DNA of 36,325 bases, taken from contig JACRCW010000123.1 of NCBI GenBank assembly GCA_016218805.1, forward strand, positions 1-36,325, written 5' to 3'. The notes under the pieces were generated by a model. That model was not told where the DNA came from and made no database searches. It worked only from the letters and a program-made list of their open reading frames with translations. Shown piece by piece: positions 1 through 9,200 of the stretch. The position numbers were made by a program, and so were the translations under genes. Origin of the DNA: Deltaproteobacteria bacterium (GTDB lineage Bacteria; Myxococcota; JACRCW01). Position 1 is the stretch's first letter. Each line of letters starts with the position of its first letter.

Positions 1-138
1 CACACGGCGCTATCCGACTGGAACCAAGGTCCCAGACGAAATACTTGACAGCGTCGAACTCAAACGCAATCGTTTCCATGGTGATTGGAACTACACGATT
101 TCACCGTCAACTTGATCCAGTTATTGTTTTCCATTTCC
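1..138 (+). mobile_element. Right end of an ISAzo13-family insertion sequence; probable terminal IR ~120-138, possible TAA target 139-141
   Basis: AT-rich GTTATTGTTTTCCATTTCC just after the transposase stop, followed by TAA and an abrupt return to high GC. The left IR is outside the window, so the end cannot be confirmed. Confidence 0.7.
2..115 (+). CDS. ISAzo13-family transposase, C-terminal fragment (5' part outside the window)
   Basis: Frame +2 reads TRRYPTGTKVPDEILDSVELKRNRFHGDWNYTISPST*, matching the YPxGxKVxD...FHGxWNYTIxP C-terminus of ISAzo13 (Rhodopirellula-type DDE) transposases. Not in the ORF track. Confidence 0.9.
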   Translation, partial: TRRYPTGTKVPDEILDSVELKRNRFHGDWNYTISPST

Positions 139-389
139 TAAGACACGCGTCGCCCTCCGCGGCGCTGGCACGCCCGCTGCTTGTGAGTGAAGAAGGGCTC
201 CTTCTCGTGGCACAACTTGTCGAGTCTTATCGTCAGCCCTGCCGCGGGCAACGCGCTCAACCCGCGGAACGGGTCCTCTGCCGCACCGCGTCACGCGCGC
301 GGGCTCCTCCGGGAACACCACCGCCGGCACCGTCCCCGACGACGACGCCCGCTGCGGCACGGAGCCCGTTGCGTTCGTTCACGGCGGTC

Positions 390-976
390 CTGGTGCGCCC
401 TTGCGCGGGCAGCTCCGCGTCCTGCGCGGTTCCCTTCAGGTACCTGCGCGCCTCCGCGTTGTCCTGGATGCTGGCGATGACTTGAAGGGCGCCACCAGAC
501 TTTCCAAACCTCATTGGGTCAAAGTGGAGGACGCGTTCCATCAGGTGCGCCTACGGCGCACGCGTGGGCGCTGCGCGATTCTCGCCGGGGAATACGCATG
601 CGTCGGCGCGCGTTCGTCCCGCGGCACGATCTTGCGCCGCAGCCGGGGATCAGCGCGCCCGCGTCAAGGTTGAACCGTCCACGTCCACGGCGAGCCTCCT
701 TCCCCTCGCGCGTCCCTCGAAGGGCTCATCGTCCGCGGCACGGGTGCGCTTGCCTGCGTTGAGGGCGACGCGAGTGCACTGGGCGAGCGGGCTGACTCTG
801 TCCGCGACCTCCCTTGATCCCTCCGTCTCCGCACAGCGTGCCATGGGCGTGAAGATCACCACGCACGAAGAACTGGTGCGATGCGCGACCTCTGTGATGC
901 GCTCGAGGAAGAAGACGCCGCACGCGTCTTGCAATCGGTGAAGCAACGTTCGCGCAGGCCGTTGCTGGAAGTGGTG
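390..976 (-). pseudogene. Fragmented, internally deleted IS91-like (Y2/HUH) transposase remnant
   Basis: Minus-strand pieces in different frames keep the family's motif order: RPARTLLHRL (N-terminal RPExTLLxR-like), frameshifted VDG/FNLDAGALIP (GFxLHAG-like), LRRKIVP, P*AHLMERVLHFDPM (W codon to TAG at 551-553; WAxLxxRVFxxDPL-like), and GGALQVIASIQD..ARRYL (CGGxMxxIAxIxD, Cys lost). Confidence 0.65.
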
Positions 977-1117
977 GCGGTCTCCTGCTTGCGCGCGTGT
1001 GCCAGAAGTGGGTGCGGTCCTGGGCTTCCTGAAGTGGAAGCCTGTCCCCCGGTAGCGGAGCTGTCTGCCTCCGCCGCGGTGGTGGCGGGCGCGGTGTGAC
1101 GCCGTGGCGTGGCCGCG

Positions 1118-2185
1118 TCAGCGCCCGGTGATGCCGCGCGCGGCCAGGCGTTCCGTCATCTCAGCGAGGTACCGGCGGTTCTGGAAGATGCCCACCAGCA
1201 CCATGCCGAAATACCCGCGCGGCAGCTTGGGGCTCTCCGCAAAGTGCCGCAATTGCTGAAAGGGCCGGGACGCGTGCGCGTGGTGGTCTGCGTGGCGGCT
1301 CAGCCCAATGAGCGTGAAGCGGGTGAACCAGTTGTCCGTGTCCCAGCTGTCCACGACGGCGACCTTCTTGCCCGTGCGCAGCAGACCCCAGTGTTCAAAG
1401 TAGTTCACGCCCTCCAGCAGCAGCACCGCGGTGAACGCCTGCGCCAGGAACAGCGCGGTGGCCGGCCAGCCGAACGCCAGGCCCAGCCCCGCGACCAGCG
1501 CTACTTCGACGATGACGCCGTGCAGCACGCAGTTGCGCAGCAGCCCGCCGCCGAGGCGCTTGTGCTCCAGCAGCCAGGCGCTGCGGAATTGCGCGGGCAC
1601 GGTGCGGAGGAAGAAGCGGTTGAACGTCTCGCCGTAGCGCGCGGTGGCGGGGTCCTCCGGCGTGCCCACGCGCGCGTGGTGGCCCCGCACGTGCTCAACG
1701 GAGAAGTGCTCGTAAAAGACCGTGCACAGCAGGGCGCGGCCCAGCGTGAACAGGCCGCGCGTGGACCGGTGAATGAGCTCATGCGCAACCACAATGGCGG
1801 AGTAGCCACTGTTGACGCCGTACAAGAGCACCGTCAGTGCGGCTGTGGGCCACGCCGCCAGGTCGTCCGCAGCGTGCAACGCCAGCAGCCCGATGTTGGC
1901 GAACTGCAGCAGCGCCAAGAGCACCACCATCATCGTGAATGGTCGCTCCGCCAGTGTGGCGTCCGGTTGGGACAGCGACGGGCCTGCGCGGTTGTCCACC
2001 ATGACGCTCAGCGGAATCACGGAGAAGAACAGGAACGCGGTCTTCCAGTCATGCGGACCGGTCAGCCCGTAGAGCAGGGTGGCCACCGGCACCACAAACG
2101 CCAGCAGGTGCAGCAGCCACAATGGCGCGCCGTGCAGGCGGGCTTCGGGCGAGGGCAGGGTGGCAATGGGCGTGGACACTGGCAT
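1118..2185 (-). CDS. alkB: AlkB-family (alkane 1-monooxygenase / membrane desaturase-hydroxylase) diiron enzyme
   Basis: His boxes AHELIH, EHVRGHH, NYFEHWG and LSRHADHH; DPATARYGE motif; several TM segments. Start set at ATG 2185 (alternative GTG 2215). Confidence 0.85.
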   Translation of the reverse strand: MPVSTPIATLPSPEARLHGAPLWLLHLLAFVVPVATLLYGLTGPHDWKTAFLFFSVIPLSVMVDNRAGPSLSQPDATLAERPFTMMVVLLALLQFANIGLLALHAADDLAAWPTAALTVLLYGVNSGYSAIVVAHELIHRSTRGLFTLGRALLCTVFYEHFSVEHVRGHHARVGTPEDPATARYGETFNRFFLRTVPAQFRSAWLLEHKRLGGGLLRNCVLHGVIVEVALVAGLGLAFGWPATALFLAQAFTAVLLLEGVNYFEHWGLLRTGKKVAVVDSWDTDNWFTRFTLIGLSRHADHHAHASRPFQQLRHFAESPKLPRGYFGMVLVGIFQNRRYLAEMTERLAARGITGR

Positions 2186-2298
2186 GGCATACGGAACGGC
2201 CACCCGGGCGGCCACTGCGGCGCCGGGTGTGCGCCCACGGGACGTTCGCGCAACCTTGAAGGTTGACGTCCAGCCACATTGCCTTCAAATGTCTCGCC

Positions 2299-3684
2299 AT
2301 GACGTCGCTGCACGAGCAGACGGTCACGGAACTGGTGGAGCTCATCCGCACCAGGACGGTGACGTGTCGCCAAGTCGTGGAAGCGCACCTGGCGCGCATG
2401 GAGAGCCTCAACACGCCCATCCGCGCAGTCACGCTTGTCCTCGGCGAGCAAGCGCTGGCCATGGCCGATGCCGCCGACAAGACGCCCACTGACGCGCACC
2501 TGCGCGGGATTCCCTTCACCATCAAGGAGGACCTGGACTGCGTGGGCTCTCCGACGACACGCGGCCTGCGCTTCCTGGCGAACGCGCTGCCCTACGTGGA
2601 CGCTCCGTCGGTGCAGCGGCTGAAAGCAGCGGGCGCCATTCCCATAGGGCGAACGAACACATCGGAAATGGGGTTGCGGTTGGATACCGACAATCCGTTG
2701 CGCGGCCGCACCCGCAATCCGTGGAACGGCGCGCTCACCGTGGGCGGTTCCAGCGGCGGGGACGCAGCGGCGGTGGCAACCGGAATGGTGCCGTTGGGCT
2801 TGGGTGGTGACCTGGGTGGTTCGTTGCGCGCGCCCGCAGGTGCCTGTGGTGTGACGACGCTGAAACCAACCACGGGCCGCATTGCGTACGCTTCGTCGTT
2901 GGAGCCGCAGGACTTTGGGATGGCCGGTCAGCTCATGCTGGCGGTGGGCCCCATCACGCGGTCCGCGGCGGACCTTGCGCTGGTTTTCCCGGTATTGGCG
3001 GGCCGGGACATCCGGGACCCGCGCTCCGTGGACGCGCCCTTGAAGGGACCCACTCCCGACGAGAAACGCGCCGCTCTGGTCACATCCTTGCCGGGTGGAG
3101 CGTTGCCCGCGGACATCCGCGCGGCCGTTGAGCGCGCGGGGAAGATCCTGGAGGAGAGCGGGTGGGCGGTGGAGGAAGCGGACCCACCGGAACTGGAACG
3201 TGTCAATGAGGTCTGGCACAAGATCGTCGCCACCGACTTCTCCGCGCAGTTGCAGTTGCTGCGTCCCGTGCTGTCGCCGCCGCTGTATGACCACATGGCG
3301 CGGGTGTGTGGCACCGCGGGGTTGGACGGCGTTTCCAATCTACGTCTCCATTCGGAACGCTCCCGGCTGATGCGCGCGTGGTCCGGTTTCATGGCGGAGT
3401 ATCCCGTTGTCATTGGGCCCAATTGGGCTGCGCCGCTGTGGCCGGTGGATTCCGACCTGGATCCCAAACGCGGACTGGAACTGCTCAAGGAAACCACGCG
3501 TTTCATGCTGCCAGGCAACGCGTTGGGGTTGCCGTGCGTGGCATTGCCCATGGGTGTGGCGAACGGCTTGCCAACAGGAATCCAGGTCTACGCGGACCTG
3601 TGGCGGGAGGACCTGTGCCTGGAGGTTGCGCGGCTCATTGAGGTGGCCGTTGGCTTCAAGATGCCCATGGAGCCCGTGTTCTAA
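2299..3684 (+). CDS. Amidase-signature family amidase
   Basis: GIPFTIKE (catalytic Lys), GGSSGG and GGDLGGSLRAPA (Ser-cisSer-Lys triad); C-terminal GLPTGIQ. ATG at 2299. Confidence 0.93.
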   Translation: MTSLHEQTVTELVELIRTRTVTCRQVVEAHLARMESLNTPIRAVTLVLGEQALAMADAADKTPTDAHLRGIPFTIKEDLDCVGSPTTRGLRFLANALPYVDAPSVQRLKAAGAIPIGRTNTSEMGLRLDTDNPLRGRTRNPWNGALTVGGSSGGDAAAVATGMVPLGLGGDLGGSLRAPAGACGVTTLKPTTGRIAYASSLEPQDFGMAGQLMLAVGPITRSAADLALVFPVLAGRDIRDPRSVDAPLKGPTPDEKRAALVTSLPGGALPADIRAAVERAGKILEESGWAVEEADPPELERVNEVWHKIVATDFSAQLQLLRPVLSPPLYDHMARVCGTAGLDGVSNLRLHSERSRLMRAWSGFMAEYPVVIGPNWAAPLWPVDSDLDPKRGLELLKETTRFMLPGNALGLPCVALPMGVANGLPTGIQVYADLWREDLCLEVARLIEVAVGFKMPMEPVF

Positions 3685-3711
3685 TTGGCTGGAAATGACA
3701 GTTCCAGCCAA
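3685..3711. terminator. Perfect 10-bp stem-loop directly after the amidase stop (terminator or 3' stabiliser)
   Basis: TTGGCTGGAA-ATGACAG-TTCCAGCCAA; no U-tract. Confidence 0.4.
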
Positions 3712-4005
3712 CCGGAGCGCGCGTTTGACGTCGTGGCTGCGGGGCCTGCACATGCCGCAGTGGGCGCGCGCGGTGAATCCGGTGTGACGTCAGTGAGAGA
3801 GCGATCCAACGTGGTGGCAGTGCCAGTCCCGACCAACGCGTACGCTACGCACAACTATTGACCCATTTGCGGCCGGGCGCAGCCCTCCTCCGTCCGTCCA
3901 CGGCCCGCGATTGAACGGTGAGGGCATCCTTCCTGCCATAGCCAGACGCAGCAGGTTCTGCGCCTGGCAGTTGCCGGCGCTCAGCCGGGGTGAGACAACG
4001 TTGCA

Positions 4006-4383
4006 ATGTTCACGGTTGAACGGCCAGTTCCAGCCTGCGCCTTCCCGGGCGGCGCGTGCTCCTGGAGCCACCACGGCTTCAAGCACTTCGGCCATGAGGG
4101 GATGACGCGCGGCCAGACCCGGCACCCGCTTCCGGCAAAGTATCTTCTTCACGTTCATGTGCAGGCCGTGGAAACCGCGACGGTGGCTGGCGTCGAGCGG
4201 AAGGCCATCGGCGCGCTGGCAGCAAAGACCGAATACCTGCGCGCCACGGGCGTGGTGATCGGCTGGGACGACGGACAGGACGCGACGCTTTCCTACGTGG
4301 AGTGCTCCGGTGGCGCGGCGGTGCGGACGTTTCACGGGCGCCCCATGCACCCCGGAAACCGCACTGTCAGGAAGTTCCCATGA
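4006..4383 (+). CDS. Hypothetical 125-aa protein, possible stand-alone toxin/nuclease domain
   Basis: High GC3 codon bias; HGFKH...PAKY...IGWDDG...YVE...FHGRP motifs; stop overlaps the next ATG. Confidence 0.65.
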   Translation: MFTVERPVPACAFPGGACSWSHHGFKHFGHEGMTRGQTRHPLPAKYLLHVHVQAVETATVAGVERKAIGALAAKTEYLRATGVVIGWDDGQDATLSYVECSGGAAVRTFHGRPMHPGNRTVRKFP

Positions 4384-4904
4384 TGCTCGCCGCGTACGTC
4401 GACAAAGGCGGAAAGAAGGCGCGCGTCTTCAGCGCGGCGCCGCTGGCGGATGCCGAGCTTGACGGGCTCGTCGCGGCGGACATGGATGAGGATGATCGTG
4501 AGCGCGCCGCCGTGCTGCGGTCTGTGCTTGCAACGGGGTTTGCCGAGGTCACGGTGTATCCCGGTGGCGGCGCCACGCCGGACGTGCTCCACGCGTACGT
4601 CGTTGGCGTGGACAAGCGTCCGGTCTTTGCAACGGTTGTGGTGTCCGAGCGCCGCGCGACGACGATGGTCCATGAGGCGCGCGCCGTCGTGGAAGGGTTC
4701 TCACTGCAAGTCGCACAGGGCGAGGACGTGACGGAGGAAGGCCTCGCAACCGCGCTCGCTACGTGGGCTGGGCGCAACTTTGTGGACGTTCCCGCAGCTG
4801 CATTCCACGTCGAGCGCTGGCTTGCCCGTCCGCCGTCCCTTCCCACGTCCTGGGAACTTGACGCATCCGTCGCAGACCCGCCGTACACGGGGGATGCCGC
4901 ATGA
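4380..4904 (+). CDS. Hypothetical acidic 174-aa protein
   Basis: ATGATG overlaps the upstream TGA; natural amino-acid composition; its TGA overlaps the next ATG. Confidence 0.7.
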   Translation: MMLAAYVDKGGKKARVFSAAPLADAELDGLVAADMDEDDRERAAVLRSVLATGFAEVTVYPGGGATPDVLHAYVVGVDKRPVFATVVVSERRATTMVHEARAVVEGFSLQVAQGEDVTEEGLATALATWAGRNFVDVPAAAFHVERWLARPPSLPTSWELDASVADPPYTGDAA

Positions 4905-5155
4905 GCTACGCGCGCGTCGTCAAGCCGGAGCGCCTCCTACGCGTGGAGCTGGCGGACGGAACTCAGTTGGTAGCGACGGAGGTGCGCTACGCCGCGGCCC
5001 TGGACAGCAGCGGCGAAAGGTGCGTCGCCGTTGAGCTTGAATGGGACCCGCACGAGCAAGTGCCGAGCAGCGAGTACACCTGCCCGGTCTCACGGCTCCG
5101 ACGGAAACTCGCGGCGCCATCGTTTGTTCTCAAAGTTCATCCCTATCAAAGATAG
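4901..5155 (+). CDS. Hypothetical 84-aa protein
   Basis: ATGA overlap with the upstream gene; beta-strand-like alternating pattern (LLRVELADG, CVAVELEWD). Confidence 0.6.
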   Translation: MSYARVVKPERLLRVELADGTQLVATEVRYAAALDSSGERCVAVELEWDPHEQVPSSEYTCPVSRLRRKLAAPSFVLKVHPYQR

Positions 5156-5213
5156 GCGCCCAAATATCCGCGCGGGACGCCGGGAAGGACGTCAGCCGTT
5201 TGACACCCAGCCC

Positions 5214-6761
5214 TCACGGCGCCGGGTGCGCGTCCAGCAGGTCCTGCGGCACGGCGTTGCCCGTGGCAATTCGTTTGAATGCGGCCGCCGTGCGCCGCGG
5301 CGTGCGGTTCTTGGCGGCGGAATCATCCACGGCAAACATCCCAAACCGGTAGCTCATGCCGTGGTTCCACTCAAAGTTGTCCATCAGTGACCACCACAGG
5401 TACCCACGCACATCCGCGCCGTCGCGGATGGCGCGTGACACCCAGGTCAGGTGTTGCACCAGGAAGTCCTCGCCGTGGCCTTTGTCATCCGGGTCGGTGG
5501 CGCCGTTCTCCGTCACCATGAGCGGAATGCCGTACCCCTTGGCGAACATCAGCGCCTCATAGATGCCGCGCGGGTAGTCCGCGCCCTGCTGCAGTGCCAG
5601 CGGGTTGAACGTGGTGCGGTCGCTGAACTCCGGGAAGGACGGCATCCCGTCTGAGGTGCCCTCCACCACGACGCGCGTGTAATAGTTCACCCCCAGGAAA
5701 TCCATGCGGCCGGCCATGTCCGCGCGGTGGTCCGCGGTTCCATCCAACTCCGGATCAAAGTCCCCCTTCACCACCCCGTCTAGAAACGCGCGGTTGTACA
5801 GGTAGTCGGTGTCTTCGGCGGCGGCCTGGTCACCCGCGTTCTCCGGCCGCGCCGGGTGCACCGGTGCAATGTTGTAGACCAATCCCACCTCCGCGGTGAC
5901 GCCGTCGCCGTCCGCATCCGCGGTGTCGTACTGCTTCACGGCGTCATACTGGCGCGCGTGCGCAATCTGCAGGTTGGCCGCCACGGTCTTGGCCGCGGCA
6001 AACTTCAGGGATACCGCAGGCGGGTTGGTGCGCGTTTCTGACGGCATCAGGTAGCCGGCCAGCACAATGGCCAGCGGTTCGTTCTGGGTAGCCCACAGGT
6101 CCACCAGGTCCCCGTATTCCGCGGCCACAAACCCGCTGAATGCGGCCAGTTCGTCCACGGTGGTGTCATCCAGCCAACCGCGCGCGGTGCAGCCGGCAAG
6201 ATCCGCGCGGCATGCCATCCCGTCATGGATCCACAGCGGCAGCGAATAGTGATTCAGCGTGACCATCACCTTGAGACCGCGGTCACGCGCCGCCTGCAGC
6301 ACGGCGCGATAGAACGCCAAGCCCGGCGCGCTGGCCACCGCGCGCATGGCTGCATGATCCCGCAGGCCGCGCGCGCTCTGCGGGAAGATGCGGCTCCACT
6401 CCACGCCCATGCGAAACACGCTGCTCCCCAGCTCATTTTGCGCACGGTCCAGGTCGGCCGCGTACAGCTCGTAGAAGCCCGGGGCGGCGGAGATGTCCTG
6501 GCCGGAGACGTGGGCGTTGGGGTCCGCGCGCGCCTCCGCCGACGTCACAAACTGGTACCAATCGCTGTAGCGGTCTTCGCACTCCGCGGCGGGGATGGTG
6601 GGGCAGCCGGCCTCCACCTGGAACCCGGCCGTTGCCGTGCCCCACAGGAATCCGGCCGGGAACGAGCCCTCCGTCCACGTGGTCCCGCTGGGACGTTTGA
6701 AGAGGTCACAGGAGATCAGCAGCGGCAGCAGGGCGACAAGCAGGCGGGAGGCGGTGCGCAT
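5214..6761 (-). CDS. Glycoside hydrolase family 1 beta-glycosidase with lipoprotein signal peptide
   Basis: FPAGFLWGTATAGFQVE, VEWSRIFP, acid/base TQNEP, nucleophile VTENG, WSLMDNFEW; N-terminus MRTASRLLVALLPLLISC from ATG 6761. Confidence 0.93.
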   Translation of the reverse strand: MRTASRLLVALLPLLISCDLFKRPSGTTWTEGSFPAGFLWGTATAGFQVEAGCPTIPAAECEDRYSDWYQFVTSAEARADPNAHVSGQDISAAPGFYELYAADLDRAQNELGSSVFRMGVEWSRIFPQSARGLRDHAAMRAVASAPGLAFYRAVLQAARDRGLKVMVTLNHYSLPLWIHDGMACRADLAGCTARGWLDDTTVDELAAFSGFVAAEYGDLVDLWATQNEPLAIVLAGYLMPSETRTNPPAVSLKFAAAKTVAANLQIAHARQYDAVKQYDTADADGDGVTAEVGLVYNIAPVHPARPENAGDQAAAEDTDYLYNRAFLDGVVKGDFDPELDGTADHRADMAGRMDFLGVNYYTRVVVEGTSDGMPSFPEFSDRTTFNPLALQQGADYPRGIYEALMFAKGYGIPLMVTENGATDPDDKGHGEDFLVQHLTWVSRAIRDGADVRGYLWWSLMDNFEWNHGMSYRFGMFAVDDSAAKNRTPRRTAAAFKRIATGNAVPQDLLDAHPAP

Positions 6762-6860
6762 GGAGCCGGTGTGACAGGCGCGCGGGCGGAGGCGCAAGTC
6801 GGCCGGCCTGGAACGGTGCATGCACGCGGAAAGGTGGCCTGCTAGGTTCGACGACAACTC

Positions 6861-7823
6861 ATGCAAACCGCCCCTGAACCCCTGGTGAACCCGCGCCTTG
6901 TGCAAGAGGCGCTGAGCGAATGCGAGCGTGCCATCCACGGCAAGCGCGCCGCCCTGGAGGCGACGTTGTGCGCCGTGCTGGGTGGCGGCCACGTGCTGTT
7001 GGAGGACGTACCCGGCGTGGGCAAGACCACGCTGTGCCGCGCGCTGGCGCGGGTGCTGGGCTGCCGCTTCCGCCGCATCCAGTTCACCTCTGACATGCTG
7101 CCGTCAGATGTCATTGGCGTGCAGGTGCTCAACCCCAAAGACGGAACGTTGCAGTTCCGCCCGGGGCCGGTGTTCGCCAACGTGGTGCTGGCGGATGAGA
7201 TCAACCGCGCCAGCCCCAAGACGCAGTCCGCGCTGCTGGAGGCCATGAGTGACCGGCAGGTGACCGTGGACGACGTGACGCACGTGCTGACCGGGCCGTT
7301 TGTGGTGCTGGCCACGCAGAACCCGGTGGAGCACCACGGTGCCTACCCGCTGCCGGAGAGCCAGTTGGACCGCTTCATGCTGCGCCTGGAGCTGGGCTAC
7401 CCCGACGAGGGCACCGAGCGGGAGATGCTCACCCGCCCGGACACCGGGGCCGAGCGCGTGGACGCGCTGCGGGTGGTGCTGGAGCCGCAGAGCGTGATTG
7501 TGCTGCAGGGCATGGTGCGGATGGTGCGCGTGGAGAGCGTGGTGGCGGACTACCTGCTGGCGCTGGTGCGCCGCACGCGCGAGCACCCCATGGTGGAGCT
7601 GGGCGTCTCACCGCGCGGGAGCCACGCGTTCCTGCGGGCGGTGCAGGCGCGGGCCTTTGTGGCCGGGCGGGGTTACGTGATCCCGGACGACGTGAAAGCC
7701 ATGGCGGACGCCGCGCTCACGCACCGGTTGTTGCTGCGCGGCGGGTCAGACGGCCGCGAAGCGCGCGACGCCGCGCGCGCGGTGATCACGGAGATTGTGG
7801 AGACGCAGGACGTGCCGGTCTGA
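6861..7823 (+). CDS. moxR: MoxR-family AAA+ ATPase
   Basis: GHVLLEDVPGVGKT, RIQFTSDMLPSD, LADEINRASPKTQSALLEAM, ATQNP, LPESQLDRF. Confidence 0.96.
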   Translation: MQTAPEPLVNPRLVQEALSECERAIHGKRAALEATLCAVLGGGHVLLEDVPGVGKTTLCRALARVLGCRFRRIQFTSDMLPSDVIGVQVLNPKDGTLQFRPGPVFANVVLADEINRASPKTQSALLEAMSDRQVTVDDVTHVLTGPFVVLATQNPVEHHGAYPLPESQLDRFMLRLELGYPDEGTEREMLTRPDTGAERVDALRVVLEPQSVIVLQGMVRMVRVESVVADYLLALVRRTREHPMVELGVSPRGSHAFLRAVQARAFVAGRGYVIPDDVKAMADAALTHRLLLRGGSDGREARDAARAVITEIVETQDVPV

Positions 7824-7835
7824 CCGGGTCACACC

Positions 7836-9200
7836 ATGAGCGTGGGGCGCAGCATCCATGACGAGGCCCAGGGCGCAGGTCGCGCGCGCCTGGGGCTGGT
7901 GCAGTGGATGCGGCTGGCGCTGCTGGTCATCTCAGTCCTGGCCAGCGTGGCCGTGGTGTGGCGGTGGGGGCTGCCGCGCCGGTCAGGCGGGCAGGCGGTG
8001 GTGCTGGGGATCCTGGCGGTGTTGGGCAGTGCCAGCGGGATTGCGTTTGCGGTGCGGCAGTGGCCGGAGCGCATGGGCCTGCTGGGCCGCCTGTCCAAGC
8101 GGCTGGACCCCAACCGCCGCCTGACCCTCACGCGGGACGGCCGCATCCTGGTGGGCATCACGCTGGCGGTGGGCGCCGCGGCGGTGAACACCGGGAACAA
8201 CTTCCTGTACCTGGTGCTGGGCCTGCTGCTGGCGCTGGTCAGCGTCTCCGGCGTGCTGAGCGAATGGGGCCTGCGCGACATCGTCGTGTGCATTGAGCCC
8301 GGCGGGGACCGCTTTGCCGGGCTGCCGGGCCTGGTGGCGTTCCACGTGTTCAACCAGAAGGCGTCCATCAACAGCATGTCCCTGGAGGTGTCACCCATCC
8401 TGCGGCCGCCGGAGGACGCGGGCGGTGAACCGGTGAAGCTCCCGGCGCGCTTCTTCATGCGGTTGCCACCGTCGTCCCGGCACCGCGGCGTGGTGCGCGC
8501 GGACCTGCCGCACCGCGGGAGCTGGGAGGTGCTGGGGTTTGAGGTGGCCACGGCCTACCCGGTTGGGTTCTTCCGCAAGTGGAAGCATGAGGTGCCGGAG
8601 GCCCCGGAGCCGCGCGAACTGCTGGTGTTCCCATCCCCCGCGCCGGTGGGGGACGCGCTGCGGCAGATCCGCCTGCTGGTGGGGGAACGGCCCGGGGCGC
8701 GGGCGGGGCTGGGGGATGAGTTCTTTTCGCTGCGGGACCACCGGCCCGGGGATGACGTGCGCCGCGTGGCGTGGAAGCGCTCCGCGCGCACGGGCCGCGT
8801 GCTGGTGCGCGAGGAGGAGGAGCCGCGCGGCCGCGTGCTGACGCTGGTGGTGCCCGGCGGCATCCAGGACGCCACGCGCGCGCAGCGGGAGGCGTACGAA
8901 CAGGCGCACCGTGTGGCTGCGGGGATTGCGCTGGCGCTGCTGGAGCACGGCGAGGAGGTGGGGGTGCTGGCCGGGAAGCGCTTTGTGCCCCCGCGCGCGG
9001 GGCTGGCGGCGCGGGAAGGCCTGCTGTCCGCGCTGGCCGTGGCCCGCCTCGCTGACGAACTCCCCCCGGCGCCCCCCGAACAGGCGACGGGTACCGTCGT
9101 CGTGGTGGACGGGCCCGGTTCCCTGCCCCCCGCGCTGGTGGCGCACGTGCAGGTGAGTCCCTCCGGCGTGGGTGCGGTCACCGTGCGGAGGGCCGCGTGA
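7836..9200 (+). CDS. DUF58 domain membrane protein
   Basis: AAVNTGNNFLYL, YPVGFF, EFFSLRDHRPGDDVRRVAWKRSAR; located directly after moxR. Confidence 0.9.
   Translation: MSVGRSIHDEAQGAGRARLGLVQWMRLALLVISVLASVAVVWRWGLPRRSGGQAVVLGILAVLGSASGIAFAVRQWPERMGLLGRLSKRLDPNRRLTLTRDGRILVGITLAVGAAAVNTGNNFLYLVLGLLLALVSVSGVLSEWGLRDIVVCIEPGGDRFAGLPGLVAFHVFNQKASINSMSLEVSPILRPPEDAGGEPVKLPARFFMRLPPSSRHRGVVRADLPHRGSWEVLGFEVATAYPVGFFRKWKHEVPEAPEPRELLVFPSPAPVGDALRQIRLLVGERPGARAGLGDEFFSLRDHRPGDDVRRVAWKRSARTGRVLVREEEEPRGRVLTLVVPGGIQDATRAQREAYEQAHRVAAGIALALLEHGEEVGVLAGKRFVPPRAGLAAREGLLSALAVARLADELPPAPPEQATGTVVVVDGPGSLPPALVAHVQVSPSGVGAVTVRRAA

Noticed and set aside
826..870. LHAHG as the HUH motif of the IS91-like remnant
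   Set aside because: Its position right after the N-terminal fragment fits the FVxxELxA segment equally well; it cannot be assigned without an alignment.
3685..5213. Integron cassette array explaining the small orphan ORFs
   Set aside because: No convincing RYYYAAC...GTTRRRY attC structures; the ORFs overlap each other; no integrase in the window.
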